From a virus: a DNA stretch of 64,000 bases. The position numbers and the translations under genes are program-made. The stretch spans positions 32,001 to 96,000 of IMG/VR virus record IMGVR_UViG_3300032080_000001, one strand, 5' to 3'. The notes under the pieces are model-generated. The model had not been told where the DNA came from, ran no database searches, and worked only from the letters and a program-made list of their open reading frames with translations. Shown one piece after another: positions 9,329 through 19,441 of the stretch (position 1 is its first letter; each line of letters begins with the position of its first letter).

Positions 9329-10888
9329 ATGACGCAGACGTTTCGAGAGGGGGACCAAGTGGCGGTCCAAGGTGCGCTGCCCCGCGAAGAGGCTAAAGTC
9401 GTTCGTGTGTTTGGTGACTTCGCAGATTTGCCGCCTACCCGTGCAATTGTGCAGTACGCGTCGGGGCGGCGCGGCGTGCGGTCCCTTAGTGAACTCAAGC
9501 CGCTACACCCAGTGACACCTGCCGAGGAGAACACACCCCGCGTGACTACCGTAGATAGCGAGAACGGACCTTTTAAGCTCGCCTTCCCGCAGATGAAGCC
9601 GGGCATGCGCGTGCAAGAGGTGAACCTGCACGGCCAGACGATGCACGGCCGCATTCTTGGGAAGATAAATGCGTCCAAGGAGTTGCTGGTCCTTTTCGAC
9701 GGCAACACGCAGCCTTTAACGGTGCCTGCGGGGGCGGTCTCCGTACTCCCGGCGGACCCGTTGGACCAGATTCACCCGATGCTGGCGAAGAACCTGGACG
9801 ACTACAAGAGCCTCTCTCTCGACCAGTTGCTCCAGGATGACTCGTGGGGCGCCGAGGAGAAGTACGACGGCGAACGGACCATCCTCGCGGTGAACCTGAC
9901 CGGCCAGTCCTTCCGCGCAACGACGCGCGTAGTCGGTAAGAATACTGGCACGCTCGGAGAGAACACGGCTCGTTTGCCGCATCTCAAAGGGCTATTCCCG
10001 GTGCCCGAGGAGGGCACTACGGTCTTCGATGGCGAGCTGATGCACGAGAACGGCTTTCAAGCTCTCCGGAGCATCATGGGGAGCGACCCTGCGCTCGCTG
10101 TCGAGAAGCAGCGCGACCTGGGCTTCGTCGGCGTGCGTCTGTTCGACATCCTCTGGTTTGGCGGCAACGACCTGCGGGGGATGGAGTTCAAACAGCGGCG
10201 GGTGGTGCTGGAGACATGGTTCCGGGAGTCGTGGACGTGGCTCCAGGCGAACTACCCGATGACGCACGCCCTGTTCGCGGAGCACGTGTCCCTTTCGCCA
10301 CTCAAGTGGACGGCGGACGAGAAGCAGCATCTCCTTGAAACGGTGCTCGACGCGGGAGGTGAGGGCATAATGCTCAAGCACGCCCGTGGGCGGTACACCG
10401 ATACGACGGTCTCCGGCCAGCGGTCGGCGGACCTGCTCAAGGTGAAGCCGTTCGCGGAGACCGATGTCATCGTGGTGGGTTTCGAGGAAGGGAAGGGGCA
10501 GTTCAACACCGACAAGTACGGCGCCATTCACGTCGCGCAGTGGGTACCGCGCGACCGGGTGACGGCGGAGATGGCGAAGAACGAGTACGTGGCAGCGAAC
10601 GGTTTCGGCCTGCACAACAACGTCAGCGCACTCTACGACGACGCTTCCCGGTCCGGCCTGTTCCGGACGCACATGCTGGTTTACATGGGCACCACCGGCG
10701 GCTTCACGCAGGAGCAGGAGCAGGCGTTCCGCGCGGCGCCGGGGGATTTCATCGGCAAGGCGATGGAGGTCTCCTACCAGGAGAACGGCCGCTGGCCGAA
10801 GACGGGGCGACTCCGCCACTCCCACTTCGTGCGGATGCGCGATGACAAGAGCACCGATGACTGCACGTATGAGCCGAACACTGCGTGA
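9329..10888 (+). CDS. ATP-dependent DNA ligase
   Basis: PMLA, EEKYDGER (motif I), FDGEL, LFDIL, GEGIMLK, LLKVKP, and C-terminal LRHSHFVRMRDDK. Confidence 0.92.
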   Translation: MTQTFREGDQVAVQGALPREEAKVVRVFGDFADLPPTRAIVQYASGRRGVRSLSELKPLHPVTPAEENTPRVTTVDSENGPFKLAFPQMKPGMRVQEVNLHGQTMHGRILGKINASKELLVLFDGNTQPLTVPAGAVSVLPADPLDQIHPMLAKNLDDYKSLSLDQLLQDDSWGAEEKYDGERTILAVNLTGQSFRATTRVVGKNTGTLGENTARLPHLKGLFPVPEEGTTVFDGELMHENGFQALRSIMGSDPALAVEKQRDLGFVGVRLFDILWFGGNDLRGMEFKQRRVVLETWFRESWTWLQANYPMTHALFAEHVSLSPLKWTADEKQHLLETVLDAGGEGIMLKHARGRYTDTTVSGQRSADLLKVKPFAETDVIVVGFEEGKGQFNTDKYGAIHVAQWVPRDRVTAEMAKNEYVAANGFGLHNNVSALYDDASRSGLFRTHMLVYMGTTGGFTQEQEQAFRAAPGDFIGKAMEVSYQENGRWPKTGRLRHSHFVRMRDDKSTDDCTYEPNTA

Positions 10889-11528
10889 CCTGACCCCGGC
10901 CGACCTCCAGCGGGCGAACATCCCCGAGAGGTACTGGAGCGCGACGTTCAAGGACGTACCGAAGGGGGCCGAGCACTGGGGCCCGGTGAAGACCTACCTG
11001 ACGGACCTGGAGTCCTTCCTCGACAACGGGGAGGGACTCTACCTCTGGTCCGTCGAGAACGGAACCGGCAAGACGGCGCTCGCGACGCTCATCCTGCGCC
11101 GCGCGCTGCGGCTGGGGTACACCGGCTACTACACGCGGTCCGAGGCGGCGAAGCGGGCGATGCAGGTGCCTGAGCGCGTGCTATTCGATGAGGCGACCAC
11201 GGTGGAGCAGCGTCTCCGCGCGGTGGACGTGCTGGTGTTGGACGACTTCGGCAAGGAGTACCGCTCGCAGAACGGCAGTATGTTCACCGAGAGCGCCATC
11301 GAGGACCTGGTGCGCGAACGCGTCCAGCGGCGCAAGGTGACGCTCTACACGGCGAACATTCCGCCGCGCAAGCTCGCGGATAACGGGCTGTTCACGGTGG
11401 ACCTCGCGGACGTACTTCGCGAGAGCGTGGGACACATCGAAGTGGTCGGCCCCGACCGGGGCGGGAAGTTGTGGCGCCGGGACGCCGCCACGGACCTCAT
11501 GGACCGCCTGTACGACGGGGATTCGTAA
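10869..11528 (+). CDS. DnaC/IstB-like helicase loader ATPase
   Basis: ANIPERYWSATF, Walker A NGTGKT, VLVLDDFGKE, TLYTAN. Confidence 0.85.
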   Translation: MSRTLRDLTPADLQRANIPERYWSATFKDVPKGAEHWGPVKTYLTDLESFLDNGEGLYLWSVENGTGKTALATLILRRALRLGYTGYYTRSEAAKRAMQVPERVLFDEATTVEQRLRAVDVLVLDDFGKEYRSQNGSMFTESAIEDLVRERVQRRKVTLYTANIPPRKLADNGLFTVDLADVLRESVGHIEVVGPDRGGKLWRRDAATDLMDRLYDGDS

Positions 11529-11532
11529 GAAC

Positions 11533-12813
11533 ATGGATTACGGCAAGTTGGCCATTGCGAGGGCGCTGACCGACCAGAGTGTCGGAGCGTTCCTCGACCG
11601 GGACGTGCGCCCGGATATGATGCCGACCCCGGAGGACGGGGCGGTGCTCAAGTTCATTCTCGACTTCTTCCGGCAGCACCAGGCGGTGCCCGCGCCCCGG
11701 ACGGTCGAGACGCAGTTCCCCGGCTACGCTCTCGGGTACGCGCCGGACCCCGCGACGGCGTACGTGGACGCCATCGTGAAGCAGCACGTCCGCGTGCGGG
11801 CGCAGGAGGAGATTCTTCACGACGTGAAGCTCTTCCAGCACGGAGACCCACTCCAGGTCGCAGCGGGACTCCAGACGAAGCTCGCGCGGCTCTCCTCTCT
11901 CACGGAGGGGAACCGGGTTAAGCTGTACAACGAGCACGCGAGCGGGCGCTTCGCGCGGTACTTGAACCGCAAGAATCGCGTGGGCCTGCTCGGTATTCCG
12001 ACCCCGTGGTCGTCGCTGGACGACCTGACGCAGGGGTGGCTTCCCGAGATGTACGTCGGCGTGGCGGCGCGGCCCAAGACAGGTAAGACGTTCTGGATGC
12101 TCCGTGTGGCGTTGGCCGCGTGGCAGGCGGGGTACAAGGTCCTGTTCGTCAACAAGGAGTTGCCGGACGAGATGATGGAGAACCGCTCCGACGCCATCGG
12201 GGCGAAGCTCCCGTATGAGAAGCTCCGCACCGGCGCCCTCACGATGTTCGAGGAGCAGCGGCTGGAGCAGTACCTCAAGGACCTTGAGGCGAACCCGCCG
12301 TCCGACTGGTGGTGGCTGCACGACGTGTCGAACGTCTCGGCCATCCGGGCGAAGGTGGAGGAGTACAAGCCGGACATCGTGTTCATCGACGGCGCGTACC
12401 TGCTCGAAGACGAGATGGGCGGCCGGACGGAACGTGAGCAGCAGAAGAACCTGTCGCGAAACATCAAGCGCCTCGCACAGAAGACGAAGCTGCCGGTCAT
12501 CATTTCCATCCAGTTGAACCGGGACGGAGACCAGAAGAAGAGCAAGACGCAGTTGACCATGTCGAACGTGTACGGCTCTGACGCCTTCGCGCAGGACGTG
12601 GACCTGCTCATCGGCCTGGAGCAGTCGGACGACCAGCGGATGAACCGACAGCTCCAGATTACTCCGCTTGCCGTCCGCGAGGCCGAGGGCAAGCCCATCA
12701 TCGTGGGCTGGGACTTCGACACGATGGAGTCGCCGGACTACGGCTATCCGTCGAGCGTGGCCGGGATGGCGAACGACAAGGATGACGACGACGTGTTGAC
12801 CTTCAAGGACTGA
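11533..12813 (+). CDS. dnaB: DnaB-like replicative helicase
   Basis: GIPTPWSSLDDLTQG, AARPKTGKT, VFIDGAY, QLNR, SDAFAQDVD. Confidence 0.9.
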   Translation: MDYGKLAIARALTDQSVGAFLDRDVRPDMMPTPEDGAVLKFILDFFRQHQAVPAPRTVETQFPGYALGYAPDPATAYVDAIVKQHVRVRAQEEILHDVKLFQHGDPLQVAAGLQTKLARLSSLTEGNRVKLYNEHASGRFARYLNRKNRVGLLGIPTPWSSLDDLTQGWLPEMYVGVAARPKTGKTFWMLRVALAAWQAGYKVLFVNKELPDEMMENRSDAIGAKLPYEKLRTGALTMFEEQRLEQYLKDLEANPPSDWWWLHDVSNVSAIRAKVEEYKPDIVFIDGAYLLEDEMGGRTEREQQKNLSRNIKRLAQKTKLPVIISIQLNRDGDQKKSKTQLTMSNVYGSDAFAQDVDLLIGLEQSDDQRMNRQLQITPLAVREAEGKPIIVGWDFDTMESPDYGYPSSVAGMANDKDDDDVLTFKD

Positions 12814-13006
12814 GGGTTAGATTCGTTTTATCAAGGCGCCGTGCAGAAAGGCTCCTGCCGTTGAGAGGCGGCGGGGCGGTCCTCCCCAGGTCCGCGAAGT
12901 GGCCTTACCCTGTACGGCGCTTTGCTGTACCCCTTGACAAATGTACATGACTCTATTAACTTACTGGCACGTTGCTGGTACGGTGTGCTTACGAACGGAG
13001 ACAAGC

Positions 13007-13237
13007 ATGTTGGTAGACGCTAAGGGATATCTCACCCGCGAAGGGTGGGAGGCTTTCGGGTTCGAGGCGCACGGGAAAGTGCCGGGCTTCTACTACCACC
13101 GCGAACTCGGCCTGGAGTTCGACATGAACGCCGCGCGGAGCCCCGCAGGCTTTGTGAAGTGGGTGTTCGTAATGGGCAAGGCCGAAGGGAGCCGGGAGAA
13201 GCTCCGTCAGATACAGCGCATGCTGGGGGTTCTATGA
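13007..13237 (+). CDS. Hypothetical protein
   Basis: Follows the promoter at 12934 (TTGACA-N17-TAACTT) and a GGAG SD; ATGA overlap with the primase gene. Confidence 0.6.
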   Translation: MLVDAKGYLTREGWEAFGFEAHGKVPGFYYHRELGLEFDMNAARSPAGFVKWVFVMGKAEGSREKLRQIQRMLGVL

Positions 13238-14331
13238 ACGCGGACAGCATCGTCTATGTACTGGAGGAGCTGGGCTCCCCGCGCGTGAAGAACCTCGGCA
13301 AGAACGTGCAGGCGTCCTGTCCGCTGGCTCCGTGGAACCACGGGTCGGGGAGTGACGCCTCCATGAAGCTCGGCGTGCTCGTCACGCAGGGGATGAGCCC
13401 GGCGAACTGCTTCTACCCCGGCTGCTTCCACGGCACGCTGCTGGAGTTGGTGGACGCCGTCGCGACGAAGAAAATCACAGACGGAGACTGGGAACTCGGC
13501 GGCGACGAGGTCTCTAACCTCAAGGCATTCGTAATGCTCGCGGAGGAGACCGACGAGGTGGACCTCTCCGGCGGTCGCGGCGCGGCCGTCGTGGAGCCCA
13601 TCCCACAGGACGTACTCGCCCTGGTCGGCGGCGGCTCCCCCTACTGGACGGAGCGGGGCGTCGGCCTGGTGACGGCGGACTTGTGGAAGCTCGGGGAGGG
13701 GAAGGGCCGTGCGTTCATCCCGCTCATCGACCGTCAGGGACAGGTCGTCGCCGTGAAGGGCCGCCTGCTGCCGGGCGAGGAGTACGACGAAATGCCCGGC
13801 ACGGGGAAGGCGCGCTCGGCCAAGTACCGGCTCTTCCCGGCGAGCTTCCCCTCCGGCGACTACCTTGTCGGGGAGCACCTGCTCACGAAGCCGGTGGACT
13901 TCCTGGTGGTTGTGGAGTCGGAGGCGGACGCCATCCTGCTGAACGAGTGGTTCCTCGACCCTGCGTTCCGTGACGCGTTCCCGTTCGGGCAGGCCACGGA
14001 CGGTGCGCTCGCGGTGTCCACGGCGGGCGGCGAGTTCACTGCGCGGCAGGTGCAGAAGATGGTCGAGGCCCTGACGGCGCAGGGTGAGGTCGCGGTCGGC
14101 ATGGACGCCGACCACGCTGGGCGACTCGCCACGCGGAAACTGGTGGACGCGCTGCGGAAGCGTGTACCCCGTGTGTCGGAAATCGAGTGGGAGCGGAAGG
14201 ACCCGTCCGATGACGACGACGGGAACGGCGGGAAGCTCTCCCGCGATGTGGTCAAGGCTGACGCGCGGCGGTCCATCGAGACGCGCATGGACTGGTTCCA
14301 GAAACGCATCACCGCCGCGCTCCGTACTTGA
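13234..14331 (+). CDS. DNA primase (Zn-binding plus TOPRIM)
   Basis: CPLAPWNH...NCFYPGC zinc domain; VVESEADAI and GMDADHAG TOPRIM motifs. Confidence 0.85.
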   Translation: MNADSIVYVLEELGSPRVKNLGKNVQASCPLAPWNHGSGSDASMKLGVLVTQGMSPANCFYPGCFHGTLLELVDAVATKKITDGDWELGGDEVSNLKAFVMLAEETDEVDLSGGRGAAVVEPIPQDVLALVGGGSPYWTERGVGLVTADLWKLGEGKGRAFIPLIDRQGQVVAVKGRLLPGEEYDEMPGTGKARSAKYRLFPASFPSGDYLVGEHLLTKPVDFLVVVESEADAILLNEWFLDPAFRDAFPFGQATDGALAVSTAGGEFTARQVQKMVEALTAQGEVAVGMDADHAGRLATRKLVDALRKRVPRVSEIEWERKDPSDDDDGNGGKLSRDVVKADARRSIETRMDWFQKRITAALRT

Positions 14332-14356
14332 CAAACCGGTAGCATACCGGTACATT
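14328..14356 (+). promoter_or_regulatory. Promoter with tandem ACCGGTA operator in the spacer
   Basis: TTGACA-aaccggtagcataccgg-TACATT. Confidence 0.8.
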
Positions 14357-14436
14357 CCCGGTGTCTGAGCAAAGGCCAGACATCGAGCAACCCAACAGAG
14401 TGACCGCTACGGCACTCACACAGGAGACAACACCGT

Positions 14437-15150
14437 ATGAGCTTCGTCATCCAGAGCGGCTTCGACCAGGTGGACCGCATCGGTCTCGAAATCGAGGCGC
14501 GCAAGGCGCAGCAGAGCAATGGCGGCCAGTACCGCTTCTTCATGAGGTCGGGCGAGGAGAAGAAGGTCATCTTCCTCACCTCGAACCCGCCGGTCATCAA
14601 GGAGCACAACATCAAGCTGAACGGCAAGTGGGGGAACACCTTCACCTGCCTCGCGCAGATGGGTCAGGCGTGCCCTCTGTGCGATTCCGGCGACCGGCCG
14701 AGTGATGTGGGCTTCTTCTCCATCATCGACCGCACGGAGTTCACGGACAAGAACGGCGTGAAGCGCGCCGACAGCGTGAAGGTCTTCCCCGCGAAGTACA
14801 AGGTGCTCGCGCAGTTGAAGAAGTTCGCGCTCAAGTACGAGAAGACCGGCGGGCTGGTCGGCCGCGAGTTCGAGGTGTCGCGCTCCAGCGACAAGGCGCC
14901 CTCGACGGGCGACACGTTCATCCCCGAAGGGGTGTTCGACACCGACGAGATGGTGGCGCTCATCAACAAGCAGCGCGCGAAGGTGAAGACGCAGGACGGC
15001 ACGCCGCTCAAGCCCATCGCCTCGCTGGCGGACGTGGTGCCCGACTGGCGCGAGTACCTGGCGCCGAAGGAGGCGTCGGCCATCCGCGCGCTGCTCGGCC
15101 AGAAGGCCGACGAGTCGGACGAGGACGACAACGTGAACTTCGACGACTGA
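14437..15150 (+). CDS. Single-stranded DNA-binding protein (gp32-like)
   Basis: H...FTC...CPLC zinc motif and acidic C-terminal tail (DESDEDDNVNFDD); lies between primase and polymerase. Confidence 0.8.
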   Translation: MSFVIQSGFDQVDRIGLEIEARKAQQSNGGQYRFFMRSGEEKKVIFLTSNPPVIKEHNIKLNGKWGNTFTCLAQMGQACPLCDSGDRPSDVGFFSIIDRTEFTDKNGVKRADSVKVFPAKYKVLAQLKKFALKYEKTGGLVGREFEVSRSSDKAPSTGDTFIPEGVFDTDEMVALINKQRAKVKTQDGTPLKPIASLADVVPDWREYLAPKEASAIRALLGQKADESDEDDNVNFDD

Positions 15151-15282
15151 GCCCCGAAGGCTCGGACAGGTGACGTAAGAACGGACGGGCGCGTGCGGCA
15201 CGCGCCCGCCTTCTTAGGCCCCTTGACAAGTGCTGGTGTAACGTACCCACTACGGGTACTACACCCTTACGAACGGTAAACG

Positions 15283-17883
15283 ATGCGCGTAGTGAGGACG
15301 CTTCCGGGGTGGAAGGACCTGCTGTACAAGCTCTGGAACAGCCGGGACAAGGATGGACTTCACGTCATCGGGTTCGACACCGAGACGCTGGACAGGGGAT
15401 TCCCTGACGTGCAAATCGTCGGCTTCTCGGCCGCGTGGTACGAGTGGAACCAGTTCGGCATCCTGGACAAGAATCGCGCGTACGTGCCGGTCGGCCACGC
15501 CACCGGCGAGTTGCAGATTACACTCGTGGAGGTGGTGCCGGGGCTTAAGGCGTTGCTGGAGGATGGTTCCGTCGAGGTCACGGGGCAGAACCTCAAGTAC
15601 GACGCGAAGGTGGTGCGCCTGCTCGGCATCGAACTTACCGAGAACGTGTTCGATACCCTTATCGCGTCGTGGCTGCTGAACACTAACGGTGTCGGCTCGA
15701 AGCTCCAGGTGTTGCTGGGGGAGGGGGAGCACGGGTTGAAGGCCCTGTCGAAGCACCTCCTCAAGAAGGAGATGACGGAGCTTACTGAGCTTGCGCCGAG
15801 GGAGAAGTATACGCGGGGCGGCGTCGAGTTCGAGACGCTGCGCGTGGACCTGGTCCCCATCGAAGACCAGTACGACCCGGTGAGCGGTGCGCTGGTGAAG
15901 AAGGGCATCGCGAACTACGCGGGTGACGACGCCGAGCGGGTGCTCGACCTGCGCGAACTCTTCAAGCCACAGTTGGACGAGGACCCGAGGACGCGGCGCG
16001 TGTACTACGCCATCCAGCGGGAGTTCATCTTCGTGCTGGTGGACATGGAGTCCTTCGGCGTCGAGCTGGACGAAGACCTGCTGGCCGACATGCGCGTGCG
16101 CATCGAGGCGGAGCTGGTCCTGGTGAAGGAGAGCATGTACCGCCAGCGCCGGGGCGAGGACTTCCCCGCTTTCGCGGACGCGGCCCTCGTCAAGAAGTTC
16201 GTGGAGCAGTGGGACGAGTACGAGGCGCGGTTCACGCTCGGAAAGGACCACCCCAACTACCCGAAGAAGGTGGTGGAGAAGGGTCCGCGCGGCAACAAGA
16301 CCACGTCGCTGGAGCCCGCGTCGAAGGCAACCGTTCGTAAGAACCTTATCGACGCGTTCGGTCTCCAGGGGCACCCGGTCGTGGACAAGGTCCGGGATGA
16401 CAAGTTGCGCCCCGAGGTGAAGATGTTCCCGCACCTCGCGCACAAAATCTTCAACCCCAGCTCGGTCAACGAGCTGAACAAGGTCCTGTTCCAGGAGCAG
16501 GGGTTGGCGCCCATCGGAGAGCGCGGCGCGAATGGCCTGTTCTCCACGAAGGCCGAGTACGTCGAGGTCTGGAAGAACTACGGCGACCCGCTGGCGAAGG
16601 AGCTGGACCGTCTCCGGGAAATCGACAAGCTGCGCGGCACGTACCTCGTCGGCATGGTGGCGCTGCTCTCGGCCGACCGGCGCCTGCGCGGGCGCATGAA
16701 CCAGGGCGGGACGCGGACCGGGCGGCTCTCGATGTCCGACCCGAACCTCCAGAACCAGCCGAACAATAAGGAGTTCCCCATCCGCCAGTCGTTCGTGGCG
16801 ATGGGGCTCACGGCTTCCGCCGTGACGATTCACGACTGGTACCTGGATGACAAGGGGAAGAAGACGAAGCCGAAGCACCTAACGGTGCAGGCGCTTGCCC
16901 CGGACGACCCGAAGCATCAGGCGTGGACCGCGCGCACTGGTGTCGTGCTCGACGGCGGCTACGAAATCCGGGAGAAGCAGGTCGTCCGCTGGTGGGGCAC
17001 GCGTCCCCCGTACGTGCTGTTCGTGGGCGACTACTCGCAGCTGGAAATCTGCCTGCTCGCGCACGAGTCCTCTGACGAGAAGCTGGTGACGGCCGTGAAG
17101 GAGGGGCAGGACATCCACGCGCTGACGGCGCAGGCGGTGTTCGACGCCATCCCGAAGACGATGTCTCTGGAGGACGTGAAGAAGAACTTCCCTGACCTGC
17201 GCAAGAAGGCGAAGCCCATCAACTTCGGCATCCTGTACGGGATGGGGCCGCAGAAGCTTGCGGGGACGCTCGGCATCTCGGTGGAGGAGGCGAAGGACAT
17301 CATCGAGAACCGCTACATGAGCTTCTACGTCGGCGTGGCGCGGTGGATTCAGAAGATGCACACCTTCGCCGTTGCGAACGGGTTCGTGACGACGGCAGTG
17401 GGGAGGAAGCGGCACCTGCCTGCCGCGCAGTTGCCGAGAGACGGTGAGACGTTGGGGTACAAGAACTCCATGCTCATCTCGAAGGCGAAGCGGCAGGCGC
17501 AGAATACTCCCATTCAGGGACTCGCGGCGGACCTGGTCGCGCTCGCGATGCGTGACCTCCGGCGGCGGTTCAAGAGCCTGGTGATTCAGGACCTCGCCTC
17601 GGAGATGCTGGTGGGAGCGAACGGCGAGCAGCCTACGCCGATGCCGGTGACGCTTCCTGGCCTGACGCACTGGGGCGCGGGGCCGGACGAGCTGTGGGGC
17701 AACTGGGTGCGCTCCCTCCTCCAGGTGCACGACGAGCTGGTGCAGGAGGCCCACCCCGCCGTCGCGAACTGGGTTGCGACGGAGTCGGTGGAGCTGATGG
17801 AGAACGCCGGGGGTATGTCGCTACGCGTCCCGATTCACGTGGACGCCGCCCTCGGTACCGATTGGTTCCTGACGAAGGAGTAA
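15283..17883 (+). CDS. polA: Family A DNA polymerase with 3'-5' exonuclease
   Basis: FDTET, GQNLKYD, YAGDDA exonuclease motifs; TRTGRLSMSDPNLQN, DYSQLE, KAKPINFGILYG, QVHDEL. Confidence 0.95.
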   Translation: MRVVRTLPGWKDLLYKLWNSRDKDGLHVIGFDTETLDRGFPDVQIVGFSAAWYEWNQFGILDKNRAYVPVGHATGELQITLVEVVPGLKALLEDGSVEVTGQNLKYDAKVVRLLGIELTENVFDTLIASWLLNTNGVGSKLQVLLGEGEHGLKALSKHLLKKEMTELTELAPREKYTRGGVEFETLRVDLVPIEDQYDPVSGALVKKGIANYAGDDAERVLDLRELFKPQLDEDPRTRRVYYAIQREFIFVLVDMESFGVELDEDLLADMRVRIEAELVLVKESMYRQRRGEDFPAFADAALVKKFVEQWDEYEARFTLGKDHPNYPKKVVEKGPRGNKTTSLEPASKATVRKNLIDAFGLQGHPVVDKVRDDKLRPEVKMFPHLAHKIFNPSSVNELNKVLFQEQGLAPIGERGANGLFSTKAEYVEVWKNYGDPLAKELDRLREIDKLRGTYLVGMVALLSADRRLRGRMNQGGTRTGRLSMSDPNLQNQPNNKEFPIRQSFVAMGLTASAVTIHDWYLDDKGKKTKPKHLTVQALAPDDPKHQAWTARTGVVLDGGYEIREKQVVRWWGTRPPYVLFVGDYSQLEICLLAHESSDEKLVTAVKEGQDIHALTAQAVFDAIPKTMSLEDVKKNFPDLRKKAKPINFGILYGMGPQKLAGTLGISVEEAKDIIENRYMSFYVGVARWIQKMHTFAVANGFVTTAVGRKRHLPAAQLPRDGETLGYKNSMLISKAKRQAQNTPIQGLAADLVALAMRDLRRRFKSLVIQDLASEMLVGANGEQPTPMPVTLPGLTHWGAGPDELWGNWVRSLLQVHDELVQEAHPAVANWVATESVELMENAGGMSLRVPIHVDAALGTDWFLTKE

Positions 17884-17887
17884 GACG

Positions 17888-18800
17888 ATGGTGAAGCGTA
17901 TGGATGGGGGTGCGGGGGAGACTGTGGTGCCGCGCATCCAGCCGGGCACCACGGTGACGTGGACTTCCCAAGGAGGAAGCCACCAGAAGGAGAAGACGGG
18001 GACTGTGCTGGGGTTCGTCCCGGCGTGGGTGAACGCTCGGTACCTCGCGAGCGCGGAGTTCGCCGCGCTGCCGCAGCACACGCCCCGGCGCCGGTTCGAC
18101 GGACTCACTTCGGCGGTGGACCGGTACATCGTGGAGGTGCCGCGTACCGGCGCCAAGGGGCAGGCGCTCCCCGCGTATTTCTACGCGCCGCTGGCGGACG
18201 TGCTGGAGCGGCAGAACAAGGACAAGGTCACTCTGGAGGTAGGGTGATGGCTTCCGCCTCTAAGACCGCGCGCGTGCGGGAGATGCTGAACCATCCCAAG
18301 CATCACCCGAGCGACCGGGACCGCGTCTCCGAAGAGTTGCGGGAGCGCACAGGCAGCGTGAACGACGGACGGCCCCTGGTGGTGTTCCTGTACATGCTGC
18401 TCCGTGACCACGTGCTGCCGGGCGACATCGAGAAGATGATGCGCGGCCTGTCGGACGCCGAGGCGCGGGGCATCCACGCCTTCGAGTTCACGAACGGCCA
18501 CCTGGCGCGCTACGCCCAGGACCTCGCGGACCGCCTGGAGGGCGAGTGACCGTCCACCCGTACGACCACGACTACTACGAAGGGCTCGCGCACAACAACC
18601 AGGGGTGCAACCGCCCGCCACCGGGCTGGTGGTGCTCCCGCGAGCCCGACCACGACGGACCGTGTGCGGCGCGGCCAGTGCCGCCCAAACCGAAGCCGCC
18701 GGGGCTGGTAGATGTGCGGGACTACGGTGCGCCGGTAGGCGGATTCCCGTGGCTGCTGCTCCTGGTCGCCGTCGCGGCGCTCATCCCTTCCTGTTCGTAA
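17888..18800 (+). CDS. Three translationally coupled hypothetical ORFs (17888-18247, 18247-18549, 18546-18800)
   Basis: Overlapping stop/start codons and genome-typical codon usage. Confidence 0.55.
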
Positions 18801-18807
18801 GAAGGCC

Positions 18808-19134
18808 ATGCGCAAGAAGACCTACAGCATCGACTACGACGACACCTTCACCTCGGACCCGGACGCGTTCACGGACATCGCGAACGTCCTCCGGAACCGG
18901 GGGCACGAAGTCATCATCACGTCGCAGCGGTGCGAGAAGTACGAGGCGGACATGCGGAAGGTCGTTGGCCAGACCCTTCCCATCGTGTTCGCGTCCGGGA
19001 TGAGTAAGGAGGCCGCCGCGCGTCTTCACGGCTACGCGGTGGACGTGTGGATGGATGACGTACCGTGGTCGGTGGACAACGCGCGGACGTATGGCGGCTG
19101 CGTCGGGGAAAGCTGGCCGACGAGGCACGTATGA
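18808..19134 (+). CDS. HAD-superfamily small phosphatase-like protein
   Basis: IDYDDTF (DxD), IITS, VWMDD motifs. Confidence 0.65.
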   Translation: MRKKTYSIDYDDTFTSDPDAFTDIANVLRNRGHEVIITSQRCEKYEADMRKVVGQTLPIVFASGMSKEAAARLHGYAVDVWMDDVPWSVDNARTYGGCVGESWPTRHV

Positions 19135-19441
19135 CGCTCGCAGACGCGGAAGGCACCGCTCTCAACATCGGGGCGGACGTGGCCTTCTACTTCGCGGACG
19201 CGGAGGTAAAGCGGGGAACGGTTGTCAGCCTGTCTCAGTCGGTGTGGGAGCATCGACACGGCCTGTTTACCGGGGACGCGTATATCGTACTTAAGCCGGG
19301 CGGGAAGAAGTACAAGCGGCGCGCGAGCACAGTCATCGTGCTTTCTCCCCAAGACGCCGGACGGCGAGTAGACGCGACAGGGGACCGGTAAGAATGTACC
19401 CCTTGACAAACAGCCGGTGAAACGTTACATTCGAGCTTGTC

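Noticed and set aside
15283-17883. Inteins in the polymerase (or in RecA/RNR)
   Set aside because: The insertions are short and lack C/S...HN splice junction and LAGLIDADG motifs.
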